A DNA stretch of 64,000 nt. It comes from Anthoceros angustus. Lineage: Eukaryota; Plantae; Anthocerotophyta. Below the pieces are notes generated by a model. That model was not told the DNA's origin, did not search any database, and saw only the letters and a program-made list of their open reading frames with translations. The translations under genes were made by a program, and so were the position numbers. Location of the stretch: positions 1,736,001 to 1,800,000 of the forward strand of contig MU008159.1 in NCBI GenBank assembly GCA_010909165.1, written 5' to 3'. Shown here one piece after another: positions 60,729 to 64,000 of the stretch (position 1 is its first letter; every line of letters begins with the position of its first letter).

Positions 60729-63700
60729 TGTTAGAAAACAGTAATTCCCAGGTTCAGTACATTAGAAATGGTGTGCTATGCATACATATATAGCCTTTGG
60801 CCTTGTCATACTCTCGATAGTATGAAACCCTATCTCGCTCCTGGGATAATCCTATATACTTCTAGGACTTATACTCATAACTCTAATATGTGATGTGTTG
60901 CACCAATCCTATAGATTTCTAACACTCCCACTCAACACATCAGTGCTACTCTTTTAAGCCTAACATCTTGCTAAACTAAACGTGCTTCTCTAAAGTCAAC
61001 CCTTTGGTCAAAACATCTGCAGGCATGTCCATAGTGGGACAGTATGCTAGCTCTATCTCCTTGGATTGAACTTTCTCTCTGATGAAGTGATGCTTTACTT
61101 CAATGTGTTTCGTCCTCGTGAAAAGTAGCATTCTTTGCTAAGTAAATGCAACCTTGATTGTCGTTGAAGATGGTTGTTGCACCCTTCCGCTTAAATCCCA
61201 TTTCTTGAGCAATCGTCGTAGCCATATTGCTTCCATTGTTGCAGATATTGCCATGTACTCCGCTCAGAGGACAAAGCCACGAGGGTCGACGCCTACTACT
61301 CCATGAAATGGCTCCCCAAATAGCATAAACACATATCCTGTGGTAGACTTGCCATCGACATCTCCACAATCAATCAAAATCCAACCACCGGGCGTCTTCA
61401 TGTCGATCCTTTTGGTATTGCAACTTCCAATGTTTTGTGCCGCAAGTATCCGAATATCCTCTTGATCGCTTGATAATCTTGTCGGGTTGGCCAAGAATCG
61501 ACTCACAACTCCCACGCCCGCAATGTCGGGCCTTGTCCTGTTGCCAAATATGTAAGACAGCCAACGCACGTTGATAGAGAGTCTTATCTATCTTCTCTTT
61601 CTCCTTTTCGTTGTAGGGCTCATCTCCTGCGATAGCTTCTCATTGAAGATCATTGGCGTCTTCATGGGTTTGCAATCTTGCATGCCGAAACGCTCCAATA
61701 TGGTCTCCACATATGTTTGTTGGCTCAAAGAGATCTGTTTGTTAGCCCTATTCCTTTCCACCTTTATTCCTAGGAATAGTGGAGCTCACCCAAATCTCTC
61801 ATGTCAAAGCTTGCATTAAGGCTTTGCTTTACTGAGTCTAAGAGTTCCATGTCATTGCTAGCAATAATCAAATCGTCCACATAAACAGCAATGATAATTA
61901 TGGATTCTCCCACTCTCTTCACATAGATATTCCAATCGATTGGTTTTCTTGAAACCTCTAGACTGGAAAAACACATCAACCTTACGATACCAAGCAAGGC
62001 GGTTGCTTAAGACCATACAGAGCCTTTAGCAGCCTACATACCTCTCCCTCGCGTCACGGTATTTCGTATCCCTCGGCTGGTCCATGTAGATCTCTTCATC
62101 CGGATCTCCATTCAGAACGCAATGTAACATCCATATGATGTATCTCCATGTCGGCGGCTGCGATAGCTAGGAGAGCTCGGATAGATGCTATCTTAGCGGG
62201 GAGAAGGTATCGATAATCCACACACGGGACTTGTGTATATCCTTTCCCCACCTTGCCTTGTAGCGCTCTATGCTTCCATCACCTTGCGCTTAATCTTGAA
62301 TGTCCACTTTGATCCTATGCTCTTCCTTCCGTGAGGTAGAGGAGTGATTGCCCAAGTTTTGTTCTTGAGAAGAGAGTTATACTCACGCCCACGGCTTCTT
62401 TCCACTCCTTTGCCTTTTGGTCCTTCCAATGCTTCCTTAGGCTTTGTGGTTCGCACATCCGCCAACCATGCCTCCTCATACACATGCATTCATGGATTCC
62501 AAGATCTTCTGAAGGTTTCCATTGTCTCGTTGATCTTCTCAAGATTGGTTGTCTCTCTCGAATACTTGAGCTTCCTCTTCTTCGACAATGCTTTGATCTT
62601 CATCTACTTCTCCAATCGCGACATCGAATTTCCCTTTCTCCCCTCTATGTCGCATTGTTGAGAAGGTTCTGGGCTCGAGCGGTTGCTCAAGAGTGTCATC
62701 ATAGTAATCCTCATTAGGGTCGCCAACATACGCCGTCGGATCCTTCATGATAACCGGGGTTGGAGCTCCCACTCCTTTGATGGGTTCCACAACCTCATTA
62801 AATACAACATCCTCGCTAAAATGATCTTCTTCCTTGAAAGATCATACAACCGTAGCCCTTAATCTCGAGAGTATCCAAGCATAAGGCACTTCACGCCTTT
62901 TGGATCCCATTTTGTTCGGGTTTGCTTGAACGTGAGCATAAACCATCGAACCAAAGATCCTCAAATGGCTTATGTCGGGCTTGACGCTGCAGACGCTTCC
63001 TCCGGGTCATTCCAACAATAGCTTTGGTTGGAACTCGATTCAAAACATAGGTTGTCAGTAATGCCTCACCCCAAAACGTACTTCCAAGCCACTATGATGT
63101 AACATGCATTTAGCGCCAGACTCCTAAGTTTGCGCTCCGCCACTCCATTTTGCTCCGGTGTGTGAGGGATGGTTAGTTGCCTTCCAATTCCATGCTCCTT
63201 GCAAAAGCGTTGGAAGTCGTGGAGATGTATTCACCTCCGTTGTCACTACGCAAAGTCTTGACGTTGTCCACTTCATGCTTCTCCACCATGGCTTTCCATT
63301 CCTTGAAGAGTGTAAATACCGGGATTTCTCCTTCATAAGATATGTCCAGTCTTCCTAGTGAAATCATCCACAAACACGAATGTAGCGGGCTCCGCCATGA
63401 GTGGATTTTCATTGGACCACACACATCCGTGTGTACCAACTCTAGCGCCATCTTTGCTCGTGCAATCTTGGGAACTTAGTTCGGTGTAGCTTTCCCATTA
63501 TGCACCCTTGGCATAATTGCGCTCACCCACTTCTTTCAAATCCAAGCCCAGTAACCATATGTTGGTTCTTCATCAACTGATATTGTCCACACCAATGTGC
63601 CCTAGACGTTGATGCCATAAATCAATAGATCCAATGCTATTTTGAATCGTCCATAAAGGTGCAAGCTTGCCTTCCCACGAAGCACACAACTTGTACAAAT

Positions 63701-64000
63701 TTCCTACTCGGACGCCCTAGCAATCACTTTAGCATTCGATAACTCAGTGCTCGATTGGATCCAAATCCTTTGGAATTGAACACAACCTCATGACGATCGG
63801 CAATTTTGCGGAAAGAAGATTCCTCGCAAGATGAGGCACATGATGCACGCCCTTAATACTCAGATGTCCTCCGGAAGATGGACTCGTAACACTCCTCTTC
63901 CCTTGATGTCATGTGACCTATTGTCACCAAGCGCCACCGTATGCCCCTCCGCAATACCTCGTAGCTTGAGAACCAAGGAAGGTTATAATCGAAATGCTTT
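60729..64000 (-). mobile_element. Ty1/Copia running off the window: 3' LTR 60729-60924, then RNaseH, RT and integrase
   Basis: TGTTAG...CTAACA LTR followed by PPT CTCCCACTC. Motifs TKHIEVKHHFIRE, IAVYVDDLIIASN, LELVHTDVCGPM and LRSDNGGEY. Confidence 0.92.

Noticed and set aside
1-64000. CRISPR arrays, rRNA or tRNA genes
   Set aside because: No repeat-spacer arrays or structural RNA genes were seen. The tRNA-Met matches are 12-nt primer binding sites only.

Overview
Repeat-dense window from a streptophyte plant genome. A non-seed plant is my inference, based on the compact small-intron gene and the element families. There is one clear host gene, a 3-exon TIGR01589/A_thal_3526-family gene at 2125-2737, and a TPK K+ channel fragment near 60.6 kb. 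The rest is nested transposons. Highlights: (1) a minus-strand Ty3/Gypsy LTR retrotransposon (~44.7-60.2 kb) with the order gag-protease-C5 DNA methyltransferase-RT-RNaseH-integrase-PHD finger-extra ORF, whose LTRs carry CATGCA (RY) arrays; (2) a remnant of a second, divergent DNMT-bearing Gypsy at ~3.6-5.9 kb; (3) a spliced Crypton-like tyrosine-recombinase element (10200-16519) inserted without a TSD into a Gypsy integrase; (4) an unclassified TIR family with AAC...GTT ends and 4-bp TSDs (two full copies and one related end); (5) several Ty1/Copia elements. The sequence is very indel-rich and has many imperfect tandem re-copies, typical of an unpolished long-read assembly. Many frameshifts and copy numbers may therefore be artefacts. 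Domain calls come from motif reading across frameshifts, not from database searches.
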